DNA from: Neoechinorhynchus agilis
Taxonomy: Eukaryota > Animalia > Acanthocephala
Assembly (NCBI GenBank): GCA_051530055.1
Contig: CM121342.1
Span: forward strand, 6,926,864 to 6,990,863
DNA: 64,000 nucleotides
Reading direction: 5' to 3'
Shown here: piece after piece, positions 35,011 to 47,877 of the stretch
How positions within the stretch are numbered: position 1 is the stretch's first letter
Layout: each line of letters begins with the position of its first letter
Program-made: the position numbers and the translations under genes
The notes under the pieces: model-generated
What the model was told of the DNA's origin: nothing
Seen by the model: only the letters and a program-made list of their open reading frames with translations
The model's database searches: none

Positions 35011-38000
35011 TCAACTCTCGATCTCTGGTTTTACTTTGTCGATGCGTACAAATACACCATGATCTTCTTTACAAGTGAAATATCTAGTTCCCATGAGGAC
35101 ACCATCATTTCGACCATCTTTTGTGTCAAGTTCAACTCCTATCCATATTCCCGGTTTAAAATCGGTTTGTCCTATAAACCTTACATTGCCCGATTTATTC
35201 CTGACACTGTTGGTGCTTACAATCACTCGGACGCCTTCATATAACCAATTGGGAATCTTGCTTGGATATCTATTCCTTTTACGTTTACAAATTTCAGTGT
35301 GATCCATTATTGTTGTCACATCTTCCTCTTCTTCAACCGTATTAACCGAACCAATAATTGTCCCTGTATCATCCGAAGCAATGGTTTCAACCTTTTCATC
35401 GATATCGTTCCGTTCTTCGCGGTCGTTTGTAGACTCGTCTACTCAAAGGAGGATTTTATTTGACGTAATTAGATAAAAGCGTTCAATAAAATCTTAAAAT
35501 TTGATGCTAAAATCCAAATAATACTTAAATAAACTTTGCCTTATTACCGATTCTGTAGCAATTTTCGATTCTTTGAAACTTTTTTGATAAGGACTAGAAA
35601 AAATAGGGGCATCTCCGAGAACTCACTTATCACGTCGTTTTTCGAATTTGTAAAAACAATTAATCAATAATCTAATGTCTTGAGTTTCACGAATAAACTC
35701 GAACTAAATTTACAATTCTTTAAGAAACAATCCATACCTTCCGATGTTACATTGGCAATTGTATCGCAGTCAGTATCTTCCTTTTCTTCAGGTTGAGTAA
35801 TAGACCTTTTCGGTCTTCCTTTCCGGTTCATTTGATCCAGAATTTCCTCGTATGCATTTAACTGTAAAAAAGTGAGAGCCAACCATTTTTTAAAATTGAA
35901 AGTTCAAATCACGAACCTGTCTTTTATATTCAAGTGAAAAGTCTTCATTGACCGTCCGCATACAATCAAGGTACTCTTCAACCCACGAGTTATCATTAGC
36001 ACGTTCATCGGACTTATCTTCGGTTTGGTCAAAAATTTGAAATCCATTGTTTACCGCAACCGATGCTAACGTCGATGAGCTCTCAGTTCGACGAAGACTA
36101 TTGGGTAATTTCGCAATTAACTCGAATGTAATTCCACAAGAGTAACTATTGAACGGATGAACGTTAGCGGTCTGCGTATTCATGACTGTTGAAGATAACA
36201 CCGGCGTTCCGATTGTGTTCATTATTTTCTTAAAAATAGACGATCCTACGTTTAAATTAGCCGTGGATCTCCGGGTAATCTGAAGTGCTATACGTTTCCT
36301 AAGCACAAGATTACGGCACTGTGCAGATTCCGAGAGCTGTATGCGAACTTTGATAACTACAAATACGAACATATCGTTGTCCGTTAGACGATTTAGCGCT
36401 GTCGAATCGTGTAAGGATGGATCCCAATGTGCTAAAATAGATCCAGGAGTAGCGTGCTGTAGGATGGGAAGCTCAAGGAAAGCATCGTTTTCCTCTTCGT
36501 CGTCTAACCGGACTTCCAACTCGGTGTTCAAAGCATTATCATCATGCTTAAGATCAAGGAAAAATATTGGAATATGCTCTTCCATTCCAATCGGCGGACG
36601 CCAATCTGCAGGGGCTCCTGGGATACCACTGCCAGCTGCAGGAATCTCGACTGCATTTTGCTCAGTAACGAGGTCTTTAAGACGAGCCATTAATTTCTCT
36701 TCTTGTTCGAGCTGACTCGGTGACTTATTTTGGATTTTGCTTATCTCATCGATACTCTGCAATAGGATTAAAACTAAACATGTGTCCAGAGGTTTGTTCG
36801 GTATAATTTTCTAATGGTTTCACTGGTCATCATCCGTCTGAATTTTTACTAATAAAGTCATCCACTACAACATTGAGCCCATTAAATTTTCACCTCTCTT
36901 TCTAATTAGAGTATCGACGATTTAACCGCTTTAATTGTGACTCTAGATGGAACCGTCGATGACCGAGTGCCGCTAACCATTCTGTTTTTAAAAGCTCCAA
37001 GTGTTTATCATGATACGAATCCAATTTCGATCCATAGGTACTTAGACGTGAACATCGAATTGCACCAGCTTCGACGCTTAAAATATTGTTTACTTTTATA
37101 GGATAACTGTACCGATCTTTGGTGCACGAAACTCGCACTACAATCCTATGGGATTGTCCTTGTCTAATTTTAAAAAATCCTCCGCATGACAGTGATTTTA
37201 GATTGTATCCGGACAATGGTACCGCGACCCAAATGCCAGCTTCGTTCAGTTCTTGGATTTCTAGCCACATTGTTAGATGGCAAGACATTGATGTCCATTT
37301 CTCAGCTAGTGCCGTTAGTAGTTTATGGTCTGAGAAATCGTCCTCATCAAATGAGTTCGACGGTGTCCGAGATTTCGTCTGTGGAGAATTCATTGCATGT
37401 CCATATACTTGAAGAGAAAAGACGCCACCATTTTCAGCAAGACGGTTGAACCTCGCAATCTTCTCTTTATCCAGCAGACGAAATATCTAGGATTTTTGTA
37501 TGAGACGTGCTTTCAATTGCGCTGTATGTTCCAAACGAACGCTCAAGGGGAGGGGGGAAACAAACTGCAAGATGCCTTCGAAGCAACAATTTTACTCGTT
37601 GCGACGACAAAGACGATAGACGACACTGAGTGCTGGGAATGTGGTTATCTGAGTATTAAACCGCTTTTTGGATTTAACAGTGGTGAATTTCGGTAATTTC
37701 TAACTATGAAATCTATTTATAACGTCCAATGAAGAGAGTTTACTTTTGGGAATCTCAAATTTAAGAAAAATACATTAGAATTGGTGTGCGAATTGGACGC
37801 ATTTGAATCGACAGGTCGTTTGATGGTGTTCATGAACAAAAGTTCGAAAAATGCGTTAAAAACAAATAACGATTACAAAAACATGAGCTACTCACTAATA
37901 TTTTAAGACGAAATGTTTTTATTCAACTCATAAAAATTTTAAATCACAAAGACCATAATTCTTAAGAAGTACTCACACGAATACGCATATAAAAATTGAA

Positions 38001-39490
38001 AACAAGAATTTTAAAAGTTATAATTTGTTTATGCAGTCGTTGGAAACTTTAAAAGGATTGTTCTAAAAACTCGCTTCACTTACATTCTTATGATTAAACA
38101 TAATCATTGATTTGTTAGAAAACCTGATAGCTCGTTCGCTAGATGATTGATGCTGACTTTTGACAATAGTTGGTTCTGCTTCATCAAAGAATGTGTATTG
38201 ACAAAAGACATTGTTTGTCAAGTGGAAAGGTAGATCCGTGGCATCTCGAATACGAATCTGAAACTCAATGAACTTAAATGCGATTTTATAGAAAGTAACC
38301 TGAACACTTAAGGAGCTTTCGGGTGAGCATTTGTTATCCACGAGTCGTCGAAGACAAACGTTTAATCTACCAACGATCTAAATGAATTTCTAAATTGAAC
38401 GATTCTTCATATACTCACCTCGCCTTGCCTATTAAAGATCGGTGATGGATATGTGAACGTAATTACTTGCTCAAGGGCTGGCTTCAAAATAACAAACGCT
38501 ACTCCAATGAGACAATGAAGACGTTCATCAACATTTGTTGGTCTTTTCGTTAAATCACGAAACATGCGATATAAGTCGTTTGTCTAATTAGCGATTATAA
38601 ATGTCGTTTGCGAGCTTCAAAGTACGACTAACATCGTGATTTAAAGCGTCTTTTTTAAGTCGCTTTGTGTAGAAATCTCGCATTTTCTCAAGGTAGGTTT
38701 CGAAATCATCTACACTCATTTCGAACGATGGCCACTTTTCGTTTTTTAAAGTGGCTGTTATGATAACCTCGGATATCATTGGATCCTGAATCAAAAGGAT
38801 TTTTAACGAGGTCACAAAAGAAAATATTAGAAATATGTTCTTTTATAAACTTTTTAGTACTTTCTTCGCCGAAAATTCCCTCCTTTGACCACTTTCCAAA
38901 ATAAATCTTACCTCTTCGGTCTTCACCCGGTAAAGTATTTATTAAAGACGTTTCGAAACCATTAATTCTAATCATAAAGCCCGGAACACATGTATTATGT
39001 TTGGTGATGAGAAGAATAGATATTAAATTTATTAATTCAAAAATATTTGCTACGTTTAATCGGACTTCTTCAGCAGGTTTCTACAATTTAAGCTCATGTC
39101 TAAACAAGAAACCTGAAAAAGTCCGACGAAACGTAATAAATCAATTTCTACTTCAAAATATCGACAAATCATATCGAGAGAAAATCCACATCGGGATGAT
39201 AACATCGTCAAAAAAATCTTACCTCATTAAAATGAGGTCGGATGTTTTCCTTTGGAATCTTTAATTCAATTGCATATTTGCAGTTAGCATTCAATTGTTG
39301 AGCTAGATAGTTTCCTTCGATCACAAGAGCATTTGCTCGCATCAGATTATTTTTGACATTTAAAATATTATTTTTGAAGTTTAAGGTCCTAAAACGTCGA
39401 ACAAAGTGATTTTGAATAGGAAGAGAAAAAAACAACGTACGTATCAGTGACCCATTTATCGATTCCATAACCAACACCCGAACTGTTGGG
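35011..39490 (-). CDS. KIF13: KIF13-like kinesin-3 stalk/tail (coiled coil, C2-like, DUF3694-like, CAP-Gly); motor and FHA exons not found
   Basis: Multi-exon. Motifs LMRANALVIEGNYLAQQL, LIGVAFVIL...IFNRQGE, IRDATDLPFHLTNNVFCQYTF, SLQVYGH...KWTSMSCHLTMWLEIQELNE...GGFFKIRQGQSHRI, GIPGAPADWRPPIGMEEHIPIFFLDL, WDPSLHDSTALNRLT...LVLRKRI, and CAP-Gly GIWIGVELDTKDGRNDG...YFTC. Confidence 0.9.
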
Positions 39491-41243
39491 AGATGCCATT
39501 TATCTAAGGTCTAGACTTTAACAAGAATCAGTATTAAGTCTGAAGAGTGTGTAACATTTGTGCCCTTAGAAGCAACAACCAAATGAAGGTATGACTAAAT
39601 TTGACAAGCTTGGTGGTATACGTAGCCCTTGTCACGCTTCCAAAACTGTGAGTTTGGTTACAAACACTTTTTGAAGGTGTTCAACATTTGTGGAACAACG
39701 TGAGTGTTCGGTGAATTTTGGTACAAAATTGCGAACCATTTTGTTTGAAGTCCGACGGACGAAATATTCGGAATTAATCTCTCTTTTTATCATCAAACAA
39801 AAATATAATAATAACACATATTTCTTAATCCACGCGGTTGTTGATTATGGAGTGGATTACGAGTTCGAATAAGTGAGAAAGTCGGTGATATTCTTGTAAG
39901 GTTGGATCTTTTCGGTTGATGGTATGGAGAAATGAGGGGGCGGGACTTTGGGGGGGAGGATGAAATGAATTGGGATTATTTTGCTCATGTGAAAAGGATG
40001 GTTCCGCCGCCGATGAAAAGTGACGAATTATTGATGTGTTTTCCCGTTGATTGACGGACAAACTCTGCATTTTACATTGAATTAAGATGATTGCGTGATG
40101 AATTGACATTAAAAAAAACGTTTTTTACTATATGTTTAGCTCTTATTTTGATTGGTTCTTTTTGTTATTTCGCTCGCATTTTCGGATCATACGGCGAAAA
40201 CTCGACGCTACCTGAAAAACCTAAAAATAAACTTTTTCGTCGATTTTAACATATATATATATATTAACAACCCTGAATTTGTTTATTGTAATAATATTGA
40301 GTAAACATGGAGAATTTATAATTATGGAAACTATCGACACATGGAGGATAATCAATAAAGAGACGTTACCGTTCAGCTCGTAAATGATCTTTGAATTACT
40401 TTAAATTGGAAAAATAATAATAATTATGGGTGTAAGGGTCAATTTGGGGAATAGTGTTTAAAATTTTATTTAGATACTTTGGACTTTTATTGTGTTCACT
40501 GGGACATTTCGCCTATGGTCACAATCTTCGATCCACAAAAATTTATTTTTAAAAAAATGCAACTGCGTTTGATAAACTCAAAAACAAAAGCATTTCATCT
40601 CATGATGCTAAATATGAATCAATAACAATCTCCCATTTTACTAATATATAATTCTGAAGGGTTTCTCACTTAAGTCGAAGTAGCGTACTTATTCTTTATT
40701 AAATACATTGATTTCTCATTTCTAAACCTCTTCTAGACTAGTTTTACGTTTTCTTTATGTCTAGAATGAAAAACTTTATTTGTTTTTGACCTGATTCATA
40801 TTTTCCATTGTAAATTACACACACAGTAAAGATTCTTTGTTTAAAAAATAAATGTCGTAGATTTTTCACCTTATACGCTCGAAATGAAGCTGAGAAAAGG
40901 TTGTTCTCCTACAACTATAAAATAATTTTGACGCTAGCGATCTCATTTAAAATTAAATTTCAACCGATCAATAAATAATCAAATTGTTAATGAAGAAATC
41001 GTTCTGTGAGGAGTATTGCCTTGCCATGAAATAATCACTAAAATGTACAGGCAGCATTACAAAAAATAAAATAACATGAAATATTCATGGTTTAAAAGAC
41101 AACATATGAAAATCAGTCCTTCGCCGTTTTACAATTACTTCCTTAATAAGAACACTTTTGATGGAATGTGTAAACCAAAGCAAGGCAAAAACTCATACCC
41201 TTTCCGCAACCTTCTAAATAAGGAAAAAAGATTTATTTGTAAC

Positions 41244-41342
41244 CATGCAAATTTTCGAGGCCTTAACCTCCATATCAAAAGCATTGTTTGTAAGTTTTTA
41301 AATATGTGTGAGAAGGTGGTTGAGACCACGAAAATTTGCATG
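41244..41342. mobile_element. Short foldback element, related to 45565-45760
   Basis: catgcaaattttcgaggccttaacc pairs with ggttgagaccacgaaaatttgcatg (3 mismatches); the spacer contains cattgtttgtaagtttttaaatat. Confidence 0.75.
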
Positions 41343-42519
41343 TAAATAAATCTCGAGGAGGGAAAAGCTCGCCGTATATGGATAAAATGAACCCCTCGAA
41401 GGAAAAACTCGATTGAATAACGAAAAAGGTTTCAGGACTTTTGATTCAACCTGTGGAATACCCATGTCTAGAAAAATTAAAAGTAACAAAATAATTGTCA
41501 TTTCCCTGACGCTGCAATGATATTTTCGACACCTCTACTGCTCAGCTGTCCTATTAGTTTGATTATTTCTATTGACTTTTCTTTATATGATTGAACTTGC
41601 CTTTTCAGATTATTTTATGGCTGCACTTACACGCAAGATTAGTAAAAAAATAGGATATTTAAATCAAGAATAATAAAGGACCAATAAAATTTAGGCTCTT
41701 GATAAAATCCATTTAAAGTAAACAGAGCGTAACTCTGGTGGTTCACCACGTCCAAAGAAGCAGAGAGTCCAGGTAAAATACGTTTTTAAAATAACAATCA
41801 AACGTTTTTCATATTCATTTCAATTCATGACACTCTAGTCCCAAACATCAATGCGATTTGCTGTGAATCATACCTCGTAAAATTGATTGATTAAATTTTT
41901 CTTTACATTTGCTGCTTGGCTCAGATGGATAAAAATCGTTTTAATTCTATACAGATGAAGAGATTTACAAATTTTATGATGTACAAAAAATCAGAAGCAT
42001 AAAATAAAGCTGATGTACATGTCTATGGTTTGGAAGATCCTTCATAAAGAATAAAGATTGAAACAAATAGTAATCATAGATGGAAAAATCCTTCGGGATG
42101 ATCAAAGTATAATTTTGGACTGATGAAGCTACATATTCTCGTTAAAATATTTCAAATAAATCAAATATGTTTTCGCCGGGAGTAAGTTTACCAAAATTAT
42201 AAAACAAATCGAGCCATTTTTTTGTAGGGATGTAAATCATTAGTTTTAAATAGAGTAATTACTCTGTCTATTCGGTACTTTAAAATGATTAAGTGCTTTG
42301 TATATCACAGCTCGATTAACTGGGTCAAATTCTTTGTTTATGTCTGATAAAACAATTAATTATTTGGTTTAAATTATTGAGGCTGAAGGGGTAAAATTCT
42401 TCGCATCGTTATGAAAAAAACGATAAATCGATGATGTAATTTTAAATAATTTCTTAGAAGTTGATGAGAATCAGTGATTTCCTTAAAAAACCGTTGTATT
42501 TAAGTATTTGATCATTATT

Positions 42520-42860
42520 AACTCCACCAAGAAAGGTCCCAAGCCCGGTTGAAAAAGGAGCAGGGTTGGCGTCAGGAAGGGCATCCGGCTGTAAAATTCT
42601 TGCCAAATTTTGACTCAATGTAAAACCAACAACCGAATAAACCAAAGGAGCGACGCGCAAGTTCTTTGCCCGGAGCTTGTGTTAAATCATTAATAAAGTT
42701 TGGAAGTGCGAAGTAGCATGGAGAAAATGGAAATAGTGGGAAATCGCCGACGAGGAAGGCCGAGGAAACGATGGTTAGATTGCATCAAACAGGATAAATT
42801 GGTTGTCGAATGAACCGCAACCTCTCTCTCGAGAGAAAAATGCGTGAGAAGAAGATCATT
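42520..42860 (+). mobile_element. Non-autonomous RTE-related/V-domain-like SINE
   Basis: ggtcccaagcccgg...gggttggcgtcaggaagggcatccggctgtaaaa resembles, from memory, the V-SINE/RTE 5' module. The 3' part encodes GNRRRGRPRKRWLDCIKQD, the RTE ORF C-terminal motif. Confidence 0.6.
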
Positions 42861-42961
42861 AATTATAGTTAGAATGCGCCAATAATTTTTATAACAAAAT
42901 TGTTCATTAGTGTATATTAAAAAATCAAGTTTAACGCAAACACTCATGTATAAAATCAGGA

Positions 42962-44129
42962 TTAAAACTTTTTGTTCCTCCATATAAGTTCGATTGGATC
43001 ATTGTCCACATATGACATCTCACATTTTTCATTATCTAAATCTAATTCATGGTTAAATTTAAATTTCATTAAAAAAAAGATGCTTTTACCTGTCGAACCA
43101 CTTTGTTTAACTAATCTACGGGTACCATGGCGTAAATGTAGTTTATCCTGGCGATCGTTGTGATAAGAACGCCGTTGAATTCTATACCTTGAGGAAGCAC
43201 CTCTGTTGACAATTTCATCGCAACTTGTCGCAGCCGAACGTGCTTCTGCTTGATTTAACTGTTGCTTTATTATATCAATATCATGAACAAGCTCATCAAC
43301 AACTGATTCCAACTGAGACAAACGTACCTCTAATCCGTCCATGGGTTTCAAAAGTGGAATAGATGGCTCAATATGAACAAAATCCGCCATTAGTAAACGA
43401 AATCCAAACTTTAGGTCCCGATTGTCGAACGATGATACTACTAAGGTTATTGAACCTTCATCTTCTTCGCTCATGTCTACATCGATGTTATCAAAAAGAC
43501 CTTTAGTTGAATTTGTTTCACTGTATATCGCACGGAAAACCAACTTAATTAAAGAATCTACATCGATTAACAGTGCTCCTCGGTTTTGGTGCTGGGGAAG
43601 TTCGATTTGAGTACGGCGTATTATGCGCAGCATATCAGATAAACGAAATTTCCGAAGGTAAGCAACTCCTGAACGTTTTTCAAACACGCGAATCAGCAAA
43701 CTATTGTCGTTTCTATAATGCTTTGCACTTAAGAATAATTCCCTGCCTCGCATTGAACGTTTTATCCATGATTTATGTTTTTGTGAAATTATTTCCGATG
43801 ACTAAAACGAAGATCCGAAAAGTCCGTTATAAAAAATCGAAAAAAAAGCCGAAATGTGTGAACTTCAATGAATTTACAATTCAAAAACTAAATTTACAGA
43901 AACCTTCAGTAGGCTACATTTAATTTTTTAGAAATTAAAAACCTCAACAAACCTCAGTTTGTTTTTGCATTGTGGAAATCCAGCGATCCACTCGTGAAGC
44001 ATTTTGCGAGCTAAACCGCTGTTGTGCTCGTGTGGTTAAACCGGATTTATGTGAGTATTCTTGTGGGAAACGGTGGACCACATTTGTGTTAAATGAAACT
44101 CGTTTATCAATACCGTTCATAGGATACAT
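42962..44129 (-). CDS. Hypothetical protein: globular domain plus coiled coil
   Basis: 263-aa ORF 42962-43753 (LEVRLSQLESVVDELVHDIDIIKQQLNQAE coiled coil). ORF 43944-44129, ending in a possible donor, may be an upstream exon; splicing is not resolved. Confidence 0.55.
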
Positions 44130-45564
44130 TCTGTAACGATCTGAACCGAGAACGTTTTGTTTCTACACATTCGAATGTGCTAATGGCTGTTCTTCGAGTT
44201 TGCCGGATGGTATACATGTCGCTATACAATATTGTACCCTCGATGAGGTTAAATGGAGACGAACAAAGGTTCACAATGAGAAATGCGTCTCGATCTAGAC
44301 GTTCAGGTTCATCAAGCTACAATTAGTGTCACATTTCACATCCAGTTTCCTTGATACTCATCAAACCTATTTCAACAAGCTTTCTTTAGAGAGAAAAAGA
44401 TTTTGCAATGGCTGTGAAATTAATTACAAGTATGAAAAATTGCGTATTTGAGCAGGAACTGAAGTTTAAATAAAGAATGTGAAATGATCTTAAAAAATTG
44501 AAAACAATCTCTTATGCTTTATGTATCAACCTATAGGAAAACTTATATTTTTTGCTGAAAAATTTGTGATAAATTTAAAAACAAACTGAATTACAGACTG
44601 AATATCCGGTTCCCAAACAAGTTATATATGACAATCTAAACATTTTACATTACTTTTTTAAATATAAAATTTGAACTCTATGTATATGTTTAAAGTTATA
44701 AATTTGAGTGGATTAATCAAAAACGATTTTGGTTTCTCGATTTAAAGCCTTAAAAAGCATCGAAGAATGTCTAAATTTTCAGTATAGAAAATATCAGCGG
44801 TGAAATTTCTGCCAAAAAAAGGTTTATACTCACCAAATAAAAGCAGTTCAAGTAATTTTTAATGTAATTAGTAGGTTAAAAAGTTCTAAATGTGTATTAA
44901 TAATAGAAAACATTTAAAACTCAAGCTTTTGGTTTTAAGGCTGATGTCTCATCTATTCGTTAAACTCAGAAAATCGTCGCTTATTTGACATATTTTTCAA
45001 CTTCAAAATTATCGAGATTACTTCTTAAGCCGGGCGAAATTTGGTCATTTACGATTTACAGAAAAGTTCCAAATTGATTTATTATAACAAAAAGGCTAGT
45101 TTATTGCCACGACTTATTATATTGTCATTTAAGTAAATTGTAAAGATGTTCATCATTTTCACCTCTTTTTTTTATAATAATTGATTCATTTGATAATTCT
45201 CGGCCTTCGCGTATACCACTTCAGTCTATCTAAAATGCACCCAAGAAGCACTCAATTTCGTTTAAATTTTTTTAAGTTAATGTAGCAAAGCAAAAAAATC
45301 CGATTTTTTATGAGATGAGTACAATTAAATGTTCCAATGGACGAGAAACTATGCGGAAATGTACAATATACTGTGAGTTTTTCATACTAATTTGCACTCT
45401 CCGCTTTTGTCCATGTTATTTTATCCAATTTTTCAAGAAATCCGTCACGTGATAAGAAACAAAATCCAATTTCGCAAACTTTTGAAAATATTTGCATGAC
45501 TTTGAAAATATGATATGGATCAGAAAACGATAGTATAATTTAATAAATATTCAGTGAAATGGAT

Positions 45565-45760
45565 ATTTGTTTTGTGCGGACACCCAGACGTTTTTTATTA
45601 TGCAAATTTTCGGAGAGCAAAGTCTCCCTCTTCAGGCTTTTGGTCATTGCTTGTAAGTTTTTAAATATTCGAGAGCAATGACCAAAAACCTGAAGAGGGA
45701 GACTTTGCTCTCCGAAAATTTGCATAATAAAAAAAGTCTGGGTGTCCGCACAAAACAAAT
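45565..45760. mobile_element. Near-perfect foldback element (87-bp arms, ~22-nt spacer)
   Basis: 45565-45651 is the reverse complement of 45674-45760 with about 2 mismatches; spacer tgtaagtttttaaatattcgag. Confidence 0.9.
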
Positions 45761-46219
45761 CTCGTTTCACCCAACAGTAATAATGAATGAAATGGATATG
45801 TGGGCCCAAATTTAATTTCGTTACAACTCGTATTTGGTGCCACTGTTTGCTTAACCATCGAAAAATCTAAAGTCTCTAATAGGTACAAATTTTATTCTCT
45901 ATCTTGCTGAATTCAACAAAATGCAATATTTAAATATTAACTTAGGTCGACGAAGCACTATTTTATAATTTTAATAACCATTAAAAATATTAAGGAATGA
46001 AAGTATTCGTTTTTTTTCGAATATTACTTTCCCTTTTCTACATGAAATCGCAAAATTTAATGTAGAAAAAGCCGATTTGTCTAATAACACTTTTTTGGAC
46101 TTATATATTTTATTGAATATTTTGTGAATTTGTAGTGTTCAACGACCGCACAGGAAAGTGAAAATTATTTTTTTAATCTAAGCATAAACACAATCAGAAG
46201 ATTATTTGAGAGTATATTG

Positions 46220-46624
46220 TCAGCTAGAAGTATTTTGAAGCACTTGAACCATAAATTTAAAGAATTCTGTCCAAGAAACCTGTATGAAAAGAAGAGTTCA
46301 CCTAATTTTTGTCAAATTCAACCAAAAACCTACAGTTCCATCTCTGTCCGTATCCATTTTATCCATTTGTTGGTTCACTACATGAGGATCAGCATTTATT
46401 CCGTTGGATTGAAGTGCACTGAGCATTTCGTTCCTGTCGATATTCCCTGATTTATCCTGATCAAATGCGTTGAAGGTCGTCGCAATATTGATCATTTGCG
46501 ATGGTGAGAGAAACGGATAGATTGATAGCTTTACTTCTGAGTGACTTGATGGTGGTCGAAACGAATGTCGACCATGACCTCCTGTAGACTGTCTATATCC
46601 ACTTGGATGTTGTCCGTACGACAT
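46220..46624 (-). CDS. Two-EF-hand calcium-binding protein (116 aa, 2 exons)
   Basis: EF loops DQDKSGNIDRNE and DTDRDGT|VSWTE. A 54-nt GT-AG intron (46333-46280) joins in frame to VSWTEFFKFMVQVLQNTSS*. Confidence 0.88.
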
Positions 46625-47877
46625 TTATATAGGGTTCAAGATTTTACGAATAGGATTGCAAAAAGTTCTTTGTTTAAAAGACCTAAAACCTTACTTGCTC
46701 ATGCACAGGCAATGTCTCATCGAAAGCACTCGTTTGTTTTATTTGGTGATTCATTGTGTGCATCATTTTAGTTTCTTTAGAAAATCAAATGAACCTCGTC
46801 GATTTTAAAAGAATTTAATTAATATTTTAATCCTTTAAATGTATGAGAAAAAATTTTACAATGAAGAAATACTTTGCGCTTTCTAGAAAAAAGCGAGAGA
46901 AATGTTTTTAAACTCAAATAGCCTTCATGAGTCTTTTCGGTTCTTTATTTTCAGAATAACCACGAATAACGCAATCCTTTCGATATATTCTTAAAAGCAA
47001 ATGAGAAAAATTAATAAAAATTCGTAATTTTTTATGGAGAAAAATGCGTTAACTTTATTTACTCAAAATCGAGTCTGCAACTTTTTTTTGTCTCAGATAT
47101 AAATATAATGTACATTCTATATTTCAACGGAAGTTGCAATTAACATCTAAAAGAACTTTTTAATGATTATTTGCAGAAAAATCGAAGATGGATCATTAAA
47201 TATATGCTTACATCATCGACTATAGTCAAACGATGAAACTTTTAGTCATTGATTTGCTAAATGATAGTCCGACGAAACATACAGTGATTTGAGAATTCTG
47301 TGTTTTATTTAAAATTGAAAAGAAGAAAATATTAATCATGGAACGAACAAACGAAAACCAATAGTTTCCGGATTTACACTCAAGGAACGTCAAAGCTTCC
47401 ATTAAAAAATATATTATAAAGCCATGCTGATTGACTATTTCACTTTCAATAAAAAAAAATACTTTTTTATTTGTGCAATTCACAAATTTTGGAAGCTTAA
47501 CGCATTATCGTATTTAAAGTCTTAATGGAGCTGGGCATTAGTTTTGACTAGAATTATTAGTTGCTTCAAAGCTGGTAAATAATTAAAAGAACATATAAAA
47601 AAGCAGAAAAAAAGGTGATTATATAATGATGATATGCCATTCAAAACAAAGTTACGAATCAACAGTAAGTTTTAAGAAAACAAAAACTTGAACACATAAC
47701 CAAGTTGCGATTCTCGATAGTATAAAAGTACGTCGTTGCTCATGTCAATCACTTTAGTCGTTTCATTTTCAACATCTCCAAACCTTTTTGATTATCGTTC
47801 TTAATATTTTTATAACTTTTAGGTGAAAATCAAAGACAAAAGCAGGAAACCAGAAAACTTTACAACTGAGGAAATCC

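Noticed and set aside
39825-40109. 94-aa ORF as the first exon of the KIF13-like gene
   Set aside because: No convincing KIF13 similarity or strong splice donor; left unassigned.
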